59,404 nt of DNA, from NCBI GenBank assembly GCA_020536535.1, contig JAHLWZ010000885.1:1-59404 (forward strand), in the 5' to 3' direction. The number at the start of each line of letters is the position of its first letter. Positions within the stretch are counted from its first letter, which is position 1. The notes below the pieces were generated by a model that worked only from the letters and a program-made list of their open reading frames with translations, did not search any database and was not told the origin of the DNA. Shown one piece after another: positions 29,090-41,186 of this stretch. A program made the position numbers and the translations under genes. Origin of the DNA: Pelomyxa schiedti (taxonomy: Eukaryota; Protista; Evosea).

Positions 29090-31154
29090 ATGTCGCATGC
29101 CGGTACCACCAGTGCCGTCCGTGGGATGTGTGCAATTTTTCCTTCACTAATTGTTGTTGTGGGTTTCCTGGGTTTTTGTTTTCTGGTGCACACACTTATT
29201 TCTTCAAAGGAATGATAGTGTACTTAATCTGGAAGTGATGGGCCGTAGAGGTATCGACATTGGTTGTTGTTATGATGCACGAAACGAGCAGTTCCTTCGG
29301 CTTTCCTTGTGGAACCCAAAATCACTTGAGGTTCTTACGAGTAAACCAGTCTACGAAGGCAACCAGAAAATGAAAGTGACGATTGAGAGAGACCTCTCTG
29401 ACCGTCTGAGTGACCTCGATGTGTCTGCGGAACTGAAGCTCTCTATTCTTGCTGGATTGATTGATGTATCAGGATCGGGTGCCTTTGTCAAAACCAAACT
29501 TGTCAACAAAAATGTGCCGTATCAGTTTTTCCCCTGCAACTGACTGGAATTCCAGGTTGTTCGCGTCGTATTCACAATCAACGTGGTTACTCACTGGATT
29601 GGGTTGACCATGGATCAGCTCGGAAAGGGCAAAAAGGGTAAGATGCTGTTTGACCAGCAGCACATCTCCGAAAGAGAAGACGTCACCCATGTTGTGAGCC
29701 AGATTATTTATGGTGTTAACGGGCACTTTGCGTTTGACCTCACTCTGGAGGAGTCTCAGGATAGGACAGCGATTGAAGGAAAGCTTGGCGCCATGGTAAA
29801 GAAGGTACCAGGCTGCAGAATAGGGGGCGAAGGTTCAGTGACCTATAGCGATGAGGAAAACCAGCTGTCAAGCAGGATTTCAGTATATTATGATGGAGAC
29901 CTTATCCTTGACACACCTCCAACAACTTTTCTGGATGCTGTGCGTGCAGTCAAGCAGTTCACATCAAAAGAAATCCGCAATAATGCCGTACCATTGAAGG
30001 TGCAGCTCACGCCCCTTTCAATGCTGTTGCCACACGCCACTCGAATCTGCCGAAAAATCAGTTTGGACACACTCCAAGGACTCCTAAAACTGCAATGCGC
30101 TATTGAGGGGGTTGCAGTCGACTTGCGCGCACTCAAGACGGATTGCGTTATCCCTGAAGTCAAGGATGTTATATCTACTCTAGAAGACGCCGCAGGGGAC
30201 CTGAAAATGTTTATGCAGGCACAACTGTTGGAGAAGATTCCACTGGTGAGAAAGGACGGAACGGGGAGGGAGGAGGCAGCACTCCTGAAGCTGTATACTT
30301 CCCTGATCCAGGGTGCATTTCGACCTTCTTACTTCAAAGCCTATGCTGAGAAGCTTCTTCACCAAGTGAGGGTATTAAACCAAATTATTAAGAAAGCAAA
30401 TACACTGAAATCCGCTGTCAAAGGGACTTCCGACCTGAAGCTCATGAGTCTCTCCTCTGCCAATTCACAGGTTGAGGATGATATCATTGTAGTCCAGCTA
30501 AAGTTGTGCTTCGAGACCGACTACATAAAGCACCTGGCAAAGAGGTTGTATACAGCTGACTCATCCAATACCCCAGCCCCATTGCCTCTCCCCTGGGATG
30601 AGGATGCACAACTTCTCACCAAACTAGCAGGGGTGTGCCAACTGGCACTCAGGAAATCTAAAATGTCCTCTCTGAAACCAATTTTCTGCTTGGAAAGCAC
30701 CAAAGATTGCGGACAAACCCCCTCAGTGCTGATTCGCACCAGAAAGAACCTGTTGTGGCATACAGTTCAATGGCCACCTGGACCAAAATACGTTCTTTCA
30801 AGGGATGTCCCGAATGCCAAAGGTGAACTCCAGGTCTCTTGGGGCTCCCCTCTGCCTGGCCTCTCATTTACTCTCCAGAGGAAAGACCCAGCTTCTGAAT
30901 CCTGGCAAGAGTGCTATCAGGGGCCGGGGGTATCTCATAAACTATCTGCACCTCCTACAACACTCTTTCGCCTGTGCACCAGACTTTGTGGGGAATCAAG
31001 TGCCTGGGTCATGTGCCTATATTGGCCTGATATGCTTCCCAAGTTTCCCATGCAAAGACCCCAACCTCCTCAATCTCCGGCAGCATCTCTCCCATCACAA
31101 CAGAACCGTAAATCTCCAAACTCTCGAGCCAAGCCCGGCACTTGGCAGTGCTGA
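29090..31154 (+). CDS. Stonustoxin/neoverrucotoxin-like (SNTX MACPF/CDC) pore-forming protein with a C-terminal FN3-like domain
   Basis: MGRRGIDIGCCYDAR, LDVSAELKLSILAGLIDVSGSG, THVVSQIIYG, IEGKLGAMVKKVP, YDGDLILDTPPTTFLDAV and AVPLKVQLTPL are collinear with recalled stonustoxin subunit motifs (LGRPFTLGMLYDAR, GGLVEVGGSA, THVVTSILYG, FHGDFLLESLPTTFEDAV, VPMKVWLAPL). Confidence 0.88.
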
Positions 31155-31257
31155 CACAGGCTATTCCCCATGGTGCTTGGTTGTGGTCCATACAGTGGGC
31201 AAAAGAAAAAAACGAAATTGTTTTACACCAAAACTCTCTATTGATACATTTGTTTCG

Positions 31258-34200
31258 TTAGGCGTTGTTGTTTCGTGGTACAACAAAAAGGGAGTAGTAG
31301 TGGTCAAAAAATGCTGACAAAAGTAGTGGGTTACATCTGTGTGTGGTGAGGGAATAATGTAAAGATTGCATGGGAGTACCTCAGCGTGGGCACAAACACT
31401 AACAGTAAGGATGAGCTTGGCATTTTATTCCATTTGGAGAAATTTGACACTTTTAACAGAAGTTTGAATGTGTGCTGAAATAGAATTAGAAACACATCTA
31501 CTGGGAGGGGAAATTACTTTGAGAAGTGCATAAGCTGAACTCGGGAGGGAATGCAGCTCTTCTCTAAGAAGCTGTAAAGCCACATTGGGTTTGTAAGTGG
31601 GATGTGAATCAGCACTGTTCACGGCAGCTTTTTTTTTTATTGTGGCAATCAGATTTGATTTTGAAGTTGAATATGTGTTACCAACGACCAGTGACATTTG
31701 CTGGCATAACTCTGCAGGAATTAAAGGGTGGGGTAGTTCACGGAAAAAAGATTTTATGACTCCAGTCAGAGCGTGAGGGTCACATGTGCTGAGATTGACC
31801 TTTCTTCCTGCATCGCATTACATCAAAAGCAAAATCCCGATATTTGGGGCACCTTTTTCAATGTCTGCCATTATGGAGTCGATTTCTTTCAGAGAACCAG
31901 AAACTCGAAATAATCCCTCTTCCTTTATCACTACAATTTGACTTAGAAGCGAGAAGGTACTGTGCATGACTAACCATGGGATGAGATAAAATGAAAAATT
32001 CTACTCAAGAACTCTGGAATCTCTGCTTTGGGATACTTAATTTTTTGTTCTGCCATTAGAGTATCAAGAGCTATGCCAAAAATCTTCATAGAGCTTGATG
32101 GGAGCACCGCTGTACAATTTTCCACAAATTCCAGCTCTTCTGCAAGTCTAATATTGCCTCTGAAGTAATGTTACGTATTGACACATGTGGGTGGAAGATG
32201 CCTTATAACAGAAATCCATTCTCCCAAGGTACCGTGCAGTTCTGCTGAAATAAAGCAATCTCCGCGAGTGCTGGTAACGATTCGACCACGGGTTTTCTGA
32301 AGTACAGTTAGTAAAACCTGACAGAGGACACTAAACCTTATACGTCTTCAAGCCATCTGGAGAACTGAGGGAAATACAATTTTTATTTACATGCTTTATT
32401 ACAATCTAGTTCTTAATGTAAGAATTTTATAACGCGGCAGTAATAGTCTATGACTCACTTGTGAGGTCAGGGCAATGGCTCCTTTTGGAACACCCTCCTA
32501 AAAAAAAAAAAGAAAAACATTAGCACAGCAAAGGGAAAGCTATCCTATACCTTGGTTGTGGAGTAACACAGGTAGTTATTGCATACAAAAAAGAAACGTC
32601 GTTTCCAGTTCTTAAAAATATCTTCACCTTGTTTGAGCAGCCAACCATATTTATATGTCTCCTGTTTTATTTAAGCCATGGACTACAATCCAAAAGAGAC
32701 AATACAGAAAATTGTCCTGCAAGAGTGAAAGGCTTTTCTCGCAATTTGGTTTTCAGGGTTTCGGAACCGGGTTTGAAGGCATTCCGAAAATCAATATATG
32801 CTTGCTTGAAATTTTTCTGTGGTAAAATAAAAACCATTGGAAGTTGCATTGACTAACCAGTAGAACATACACTTGTGCAATCAATGCCAAGCACTCGACA
32901 AAAGTACCCCCAGAGGGAAGGAAGTTCAGCGAAATAGTGCCATGAGCGAGAAACCTGGTCAAAGAGGGGAATGTGAGTTCAAATATCGGGGAAGGTTGTT
33001 GTGAACCTGTGTGGAACAAGATAGATCACATGGACTCAAGAAACTGAAAATGAGAATTATTGCTGACGGCGGCAACGGGCACGTAAACACTGTCTTCGCA
33101 ACAAGTGTATTCCTGGTTATGAATTAAGATGAAAAAGAATAATTTCCAATACCCGTCAATATTAATTATCATGGGACGAATGGTTACATGTTGATGCCTG
33201 CTACGCAAAACAGTCATGTCTAAGGAAAGAGTGAGCTAAAGGAGTGGGCAAAAAGGGATGCCACCTTGGTGTGAAGGATTTAGTAAGTTCGATTCTGAGA
33301 GTGATGATGACGTTACAGACTTACTATATAGGGTGGTTACAAAAAGATGAAAGATTTAAAGCAGGGAACCAGGGAGTGGGTTCTGGCAAGTCACTTGCAC
33401 TCTTTGGAATGCTGTTTGCTCGTAAACTCGCTCTCTGTGAATTAGTTGGAGGGACTTCGATGCATCTTGAAGACAAAAGAGTAAACCAGCGCTCAAAAGT
33501 AGTGACATCAGGAGCCACTAATCGCATTTGATGGAGCTTTAAGACAAAATGTGAGTGCACTTGTTTCTATATTTATTCCCCCCTTCAATTTTATGGTCAA
33601 AGAAAAAACTCAGGATTCCAGGGAGCACACATTATCCTGATGAACATATTGCAGGTCCATCTCCAAAGGCGAATTAAGTACCCTGAATATTGCAGTTCCA
33701 GGGTTATCCAGGTAAATCACACACTCACCACCCCCACCCTGCACAGCAGGGCTACTGCTGCCAGAATATGAACTACCACCATCCCCATGCGTTGAATTCG
33801 TCGCCCCATTGCCAGTACCTGTCGTTTCCGAGAATCCAGTTACCGCCGAAGCCGCCGCGGCAGCAGCAGCAGCAGCCGACGACGACGACGACGACGAAGA
33901 GGACGAAGACGAAGACGAGGAGGCGGCGGAGCCCGTGGCCGACGCCGACGACGGCAGCCTCACGTGCGCGTGCCTGCCGCCTCCGTGGCCGTGCTTGCCG
34001 CTGCCGCCCCCACAGTGCCTCTGCGGCGTGCCCGTCGCCCCGCCGCCTCCTTTGGCCGCCCCGCTCTCCTCCCTCTTGCTCCCGCCGCCGCCTCGCGCCT
34101 CCTCGGCCTCGCGCACGCTCGCGCGGCCCGAGGCACACACGCAGCCGCCGCCGACCCCGCCGCAGCCTCCGTCGTGGGCGCAGTACGTGAGGCCCGTGGT

Positions 34201-34596
34201 GCCCAGCAGCAGGGGGGACACGCACGGGAGCGGATACATCGGGGGCGCCGGCTTGTACCGCAGTGCATTATGGGTCTCGTTGAAGCTGAACCAGAACGTG
34301 TCCACGGCCGGCAGGTACTGTTGTTGCTGTTGTATATTTCCAGTAGTACCACCGCCTGAGGACGAAGATGAGGGCGCACTCGAGATTGGTGTCGGCGTCG
34401 GTGCCGATGTTTGTGCCTGGGCGTTGACTGGAATCGAAAGTGACGAGGGAGGGGGCGACGGCGAAGATGATGGGACAACAACCAGCGGTGACCTCGTGAC
34501 CAGGGCCCTGCGGATTCCCAAGAGGCCTTCTGCGTCCCCTTGTTGTTGATGCTGATGCTGTGGCCCTGTGGGGACCGCCACAGTGCCCCCTTTCAT
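31258..34596 (-). CDS. PH-domain-containing Rho GTPase-activating protein
   Basis: KIFGIALDTLM, IPEFL, EEGLFRVSGS (arginine finger), DPHALTGVIKSFFRELPHPLIP. Upstream PH-like segments PKGAIAL and ISAELHGTLGEWISVI. Low-complexity N-terminus. Confidence 0.85.
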
Positions 34597-34965
34597 GTGA
34601 TCAACCTCGGTTGTTCCCTGTGTGGAGGGCTTCACTGTGGAAGTGCTCAGCGTTCCTTCTGTTGTGTCAGAACAACAGGCTTGGTGGCGACTGTTCGTGG
34701 TGATGATTGGTTGGTTGTCGAAGTGAGGTGGTTGTCGTCGAGGGTCTTCGTGCTTTTTCGTTGGTGTTCGGCGGCTTTGCTGTTCCAGATTTCTTTTCGC
34801 GTGAAAAAAAGAACAAAAAACGCTTTCAAGGGTTTTTTTGTTGTTGCCGGGAACGTGTTACGGTAACTTTCGTGATGGTGAATAAGGAAAAAGGAGGGTC
34901 AACAGCGCGGAACCGAGTTTCAGCCGAAACAGGCCGGACAATCAACCCCAGGGGTTCAGTTGTTC

Positions 34966-37731
34966 CTATGGGTTGTAGACTCGGACTTGTGCGTCTTGCT
35001 CTACGGCTGAGTGCTTTTTGATGATCAAGCGGAGCTGCCGGTCATGGACAAGGATTGCCGCTGCAAGATTGACCCCGCCACAGTAATTACTGCTGGAGAA
35101 TAACTGAAAGGCAATTAGGCTCAAAAGGTCACATAAACATGGAACGCACAGTCATTATAGTGGCCTGTTTAGCCAGTTCTACTCCTTGCTGATTTTTGTT
35201 GTTAGAAGGGGGATATTCTACAATGCGGACAATACCTCAGAGGACTGGTGAGCTCTAATAATGTGTGAACAGCCAGTGATTTTGCAGAAAGTTTGAACTG
35301 CTTCCCTACCAAAAACTCGTGTATTCGAGCCACGAGAATTTTGACCAAAACCAGGAGGATTCCCGTTTTTCCCTGTGTCCTGCCTAAGTATTGAAGGGTT
35401 AACAGATACACACCAACTTCAGTATCCTCTTCAGCACTGGTCGCCGGATCCGACCAAAGTAAATCGAAAAATAGGTCCGTGTACAAAGCAGGTGGACGTG
35501 TTATCTGTTGGTTGTGAGAGGAAATATCGTATGTATCAACTAACAGCAGCAATCATGTTAAAGATATCTGGTGGGGGATTCTGAGTGGTGGTTCGAGGTA
35601 TTCCAGCGTGCACACAGAATACTTTTCTATCAACGATAGACACAAGAGGCACTATGCATAGGTTACTTGAGTTCTATACAAGGCAGTAAAAAAACTGTAA
35701 TCAAAGCATCGATTGAACAGTGTCCACAGTTCCGTGCCTGTGTGAACTTAGAATCGAAAAAAAGGGAGATGAATACAACCTACTGTCTCTCCATATATAG
35801 TCTTGCATTGCCGTTTGAAAGACCCATCTTGGTAACTAGAAAAGTTGAGGAATAAGAATACAGTAGGAATGGTAACTGTTGGTGCCATACGAGGCTTTTT
35901 TTTTTTTTTTTTTTTTTTTTTTAGAGAAAGTCAACAATAGTTTTTAGGAAAGAGAGTATTTACTTTCGTCCCCATTGATATCTTCCACCTCATGATTTCC
36001 TCTCAGCAGAAAGATCTTAGACCATTATGATCACTAAGTCAAAGAAATAATACGTTGTGTACCTTTCCAGGCCATTGAACTTTTAGAGACAGTAAATAGG
36101 AAATCATTTCAACAGAATGAGGTCCTCTGGTTGGAGTTAGAACCGAGACGATGATGAAGGAAGGGAACCTGTCAACATAATCGCCAAGGAATAAAAAGTT
36201 TGCAGGAACCTGGGGTTTCATCTTAGTGCACATTAAAAAAAAATAGGGAAAAGGTACAAAGTCAGCATGTTCCCACAAGCCAAAAGCTTTGGCAAAATAA
36301 ACAAAATCCTTGGAGCAAATGTCAAATCAAGAAACCCATTGGTCTACCAACCTTGAAGTTGCCGTGAAGGTCACCAATAACATAAACAGGCGGTTTCAAA
36401 TGAATTAGAGTCTCTTCCCGCTTAAAAATATCAGTAGCAGCTTTGACAAGAAGCTTCACTAGAGACCCTGGTAAACCTGTACCTGACGACCACCTTTGTT
36501 TGTTAGGTATATGTGGGGTACTGAATGCCGTTACCGGTGGGAAGGTGTGTTCATTTGATACGTAAAGTCAGGCAACTCTTTGAAGTGGGTGTGCAGAAGT
36601 TCTAGGATAATTGTTGCCACTTTGGTATTACTTGTTTGCTCGCTGTTGCGGGCGATCAACACTGGTTTGTTCATTTAACATTATTAGAGGCAATGTTTTC
36701 ACATACTCTGCTGAAGGGTTTGCAATGATGACGCGCTTTGTGTAAGATTCTCGCGTAAAGATGACCGACCCACTTTTCCTTTATGGGATATCTGCTTACT
36801 GTTGACAATAGAAAAAGAAGTACAGGAAAGTGAACCTCATTGAGAGTTGGAGATAAACAGTATGGTGGTTTGGTAGCTGGCTTCACTACACATTCGGCGG
36901 CAGTGTGACTTAACAGAATTATGTCGAGAATTTCCTTTCAAACATTAAGTTACATTTGTGGTAGAGTCTCTTACATTTGATAGCCTATCACGGATAAGGT
37001 AAAAATTTCTGCTGATTGAAATACAATATTGCGGTTCGGTTGTAACAGAAGTATGATGATGTGAATGCATAGAAGCAGACGGCGAGGGTGGGTTGCATAT
37101 GTGGTATGTATGAAATACTACAGAGGGATAGTCGAGAGCTGGGGGAACCATCCCTCTATCAGCAAACCACGAGCTTACAATTCCTGTACTATAAGGAAGG
37201 TTAACAAAACTAGTGTTTTCCACTATGAGAAAGGGAAGTCTACTCCACAGATTCCTCTTCTGCAGATGGAGGAGGGCTCTTCTTTGCACTGAACATAAGA
37301 GTCATGTATTAGGATTTCAAAAACGCAAGAAACTTAGGAACGCACTCTGGGTTGGGTATAACTGACATAGATGTTGACCTAGCAGGCGGCGCAGACGTGG
37401 CTCTGCGCGACGCCGAGCGCCTCTGGTCCACCGGAGGCGAAGAAGACCTGCCCCTGGAAGACGAGGAAGTGCTCGTCGTGGTGCTAGTGGTTGCTGTCGT
37501 TGTCGAAGGAGAAGAAGGAGGAGGCGCAGTCGTGGTGCTGTTCGTCGGAGTCGGCGTAGGAACAACAGGTGCGGGTGTTGGCGTAGGAGTGGAAGCGGCC
37601 GTAGTGGGCGCCGACGAGGACGACAAACCAGAGGGTACCGACGACGTAGACGTGGACTGTGGAGGAGATCCGACGTAGGGAGATCCGTGCGGGCCTTTTA
37701 GTCGCGATATCGGTTGCTTTAGCGCCGACAT
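34966..37731 (-). CDS. PPP-family Ser/Thr protein phosphatase with a long N-terminal extension
   Basis: VIGDLHGN, FLGDYVDRG, LLRGNHE, FCVHAGIP, DLLWSDP, IIRAHQ, TVFSSSNYCG. Stop TAG at 34966. An additional upstream exon is possible. Confidence 0.9.
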
Positions 37732-38084
37732 CTGCGGTAGTTACCAGTGAGCTGTGTCCTTTATTTTAAAAGTTTGATTTATCGGATTGATAACTTGAAC
37801 AAGGACCTGCAGCGAATGTACATTGTGTAACTTCTCAGTGGCTCTGGAGTCCTTCAGTCACGAACTCCCCTTCAAGAGGAAATAGAACCAGATCCAGAGA
37901 CCGTGGAGAGTATTATGAACAGGCGATTTTTAGATCCAGATTTGCGTTTCGTTCCGGCCCGCGGGCACATTTCGTTTTGAAATGTGGCACATTTTCCCTG
38001 CGGCAGCGAAGGAGGAAGAAGAACCGCATTAAATAATATTAATCTTAACTGTGTGCTTCGATACACACACCTACTGAAGCCTAA

Positions 38085-39970
38085 ATGGCCTCTGAAGAAC
38101 CGGAACTTTGCATAGGTGATCCTGTGGTTGACAGATCTTCAACAACACCTTCAGTACCGGACACTGTAGTACTGGATCTTGACAATTCCTCACCCTCAGT
38201 GGTGGTGCAAGATGAACCGATACAGAGATCGCCACCAGAGCCGGATGCGAAAGAGCGAGAAAGTCCGGTGCCAAATGAAGAGTCAGCTAAGAGGACACAT
38301 AACCTGTACAACCGCCGGTTCGTCATGCTGTTCTTTATAGGCTTCATCAGTCTTACAAATAGCTCGAACCTTCTTGCATTCACTGTGATTGCTTCACAGG
38401 CTGCTGAGTTTTGGAAGGTAATTTACCTTGTAAATTATTGTCTTCCATAACGTTCTGCAAGGTAAATATCGCGTTAGTCAACGCGCTAGTAGCACTGGGC
38501 GATGGGTTATCACTCGTCGCGGCTTTTGTCATTCCGTATTTTGTAGATCAGAGGGGACTCTTAGTGTCATCTGTGGTAGTTAACAGTGTGAATGTACTGG
38601 CCGGTTGGCTGAGGTTTGCTCTTCCAATTTTTCCTTCTTGTAATGCTCACAATAGATTCATTGGAGCCCAGTCATCCAAGTCATTTTTTGTATCTATGTT
38701 CATAGGGCAAGCGTTTAGTGTTCTGGCAATGTTCGTGAATGCACAAATGGCACCAAGATTGGCCTCTTTATGGTTTCCTGGAAAACAGAGAACAATTGCT
38801 ACTGCCGTGCAGAATGTTTCATGGCAGCTTGGCCTTGTACTAGGAATAATTTTAGGTGACCAGCTTAAAGACTCTATTTGGACTCTTCTGTTGATTCAAG
38901 TACCCTTTACCCACCAGATGATATTTAACTGCCTCTTTCCAGGCTATAATCAACACTGTTCCGGCACTTGGTGTACCCTTCATGCGAGATCAACCTCCAT
39001 TGCCTCCACAGCCTATGAGTGAGATTGCGGAGGGCAAATGTGAAAGAAGCTTGAAGGTTTGTCTCTAACTGCGTCTAATATTATTAACGAGCAAGCAGGA
39101 GGGGGGATTGCTTCCTGCCACCAAAGCATTAATAACAAACCCTCATTGGGTAGCCCTTGTTCTATCCACAGGGGTGCCAATTGGAGTCATGTCTGCTGTC
39201 ACAACACTCATTCAACAGTTGCTTCCTGAGAATATGCAATCAAAGGCAGCCCACTGTTCCAGACATATGGCATATTTCTAATGTTGACTCAGGCCGCACT
39301 GTTCTCCATTTTATTTTTCCTGTGTGGAATTGGAGGTAGTATTGTTTTTGCCACAATAGCGGACCGAACAAAGCGATACTACTTACTCACAGTGGGCATT
39401 CTTCTGTGGTCATGCATTGCCTGTGCTTTGTTCCTAGCGGGGACATGCATTGACGAAATAGTAATGGCAGTTGTATTCTATGCATTACTCGGTAATTTAC
39501 TACGAGTACTTTTATGCACCTAACCTTGGATGAACGCAAAGGATTTTCTCTGCTGGGATTGATGCCTGTAGTTACCGAGTTCGCCATAGGTTTTACTGGT
39601 GTCCTCAGTGCATAACTCTTATTATGTAAACAGAGGTGTCATTTTCGTCTGAAATTCACATGGAAGCGCGATCTACAGCTTATCTTTGGCTTGTGACAAA
39701 CACATCATCCATCGTACTCACGTTCTCCACAATGCCATCTGTGATGTCCCCTGTAGCTGCTCTTATTACATATGTTTCTATCTTGGGAGTATGCAACTTG
39801 AGTGTATTATGCCTCGTCAAAGCACCATACAGGTATAAAGAGTACGCTTGGTATTTGGTCACCCCAAAAAAAGGAGACTGCAACTTGAATTGGAAGAGGA
39901 ACGTGCTTCCACAAACGGATGTCCCATTGAGCTTCAAAATACAACCAAAACATCGAAGAAGCCAGTGTGA
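38085..39970 (+). CDS. MFS transporter, FLVCR/SLC49-like
   Basis: LYNRRFVML, GQAF, PRLASLWFPGKQRTIATAV, PPLPP loop, ADRTKRY and multiple TM segments. Stop TGA at 39968-39970. Confidence 0.85.
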
Positions 39971-40248
39971 TTGGTGACATCACATCGTCCACAATTTCTT
40001 GTCACGCGCACAGTGTAAAGGTGTGGCGTCACCTTTTTGTTAAGGCCATGCATGCCTTTTCTTCTCAGTTCTGAAATTTTCATCTTTTCATGGAAATGGA
40101 ATTTTTTATTTTGATAGGGAAAGCCAAAAGGCTGGCACGGAGGCACAACACATTCGTGTGATCCTGGGGCAACTTGGGGAGAAATGTTGGCTCTGTGCCT
40201 CAATGCGATTCACGAAGTAGGAGTGGTAAAAATGACTGGGTTCAACAT

Positions 40249-41105
40249 TCAACACTTAACCAGAGCACCGTTTTGTGTGAACCACTCAATGGCTTTGTCG
40301 CGCTCTGATGAATTGGTGAAGGAAAAAATGAGCACTCGAGTCCCCTTATCATCAACCGGCCTGAAAAGCCCCTTCACAATAACATTTGTTAGTATCTCAA
40401 TTGATCATTCATTCAGATTGTCCCTTACTCGAAAGTGGTTCAAACAGTCTTCTTTGCCTGCCATCCACGAGTCCCATGCCTCACAGTTGAAAGTGGTCAA
40501 AAACGTTGTTGGCTTGTGTGGGTAAATGTCTATCAATGCACCATTGAATGACAACTTGTCCGCCGGCCAAACCTGTGGATTGTGTGTGTTGTTTTTGTGG
40601 TCATTCCCATCAAACAAATGGCAAACGAAAGAACCTTTGGTGTGTCACTCGTCCTCGGGAGCAGCTTCACTGCCAAGTGGTTTTCACAAAACAAGGATGT
40701 GCTCATCCCAGGATTTTTCATCAACCACAACCCCGCTGCCAGAACGTCGATGTCGTGATACACCCTCTGCAGCATCACAATCTTCCTGCACGCACCGACG
40801 CAGTTTAACGCGACCGGGTTCGTCTTCTTCACGCTGTCAAAGTCCTGCCTCGTGGGAGCGAATTCGCCTGCTCTCGACTTGAACATGACTCGGCCGTCGG
40901 ACCACATCGACAGTCCCACAATGTCCTCTCCCTTGGTGGTTCGCCCGATGGGGTCAGGGTATGTTTTCGTGCACATCACCTCCGGCCTTTGTCTCTCCTC
41001 CTCCTCGGACAGTCTCATCGTTGCACCACCACCACCACCAGGCGACGTCACTGTTGTAGTCACTGGGGACGGTGTTGCTGCTGCTGTTTTGCTCCTCAGT
41101 TTCAT
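40249..41105 (-). CDS. Hypothetical protein (about 3 exons)
   Basis: ORF MKLRSK..., with two GT-AG introns (one containing TACTAAC) that restore the frame to TGA 40249. No known domain recognised. Confidence 0.6.
40807..40988. repeat. 182-bp inverted duplication, copy A
   Basis: Reverse complement matches 47775-47956 with 4 mismatches counted by eye. Confidence 0.95.
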
Positions 41106-41186
41106 CTTGTTTTTTTTTTGTTTGTTGACAGCCCGAGATCTCATTCTTCTTGTTTCTTTTTTGGGGTTGGAAAAGTACCTGCTATC

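Noticed and set aside
40385-40430. In-frame TGA at 40405 suggesting recoding
   Set aside because: It lies within a GTAAGG...TACTAAC...AAG intron.
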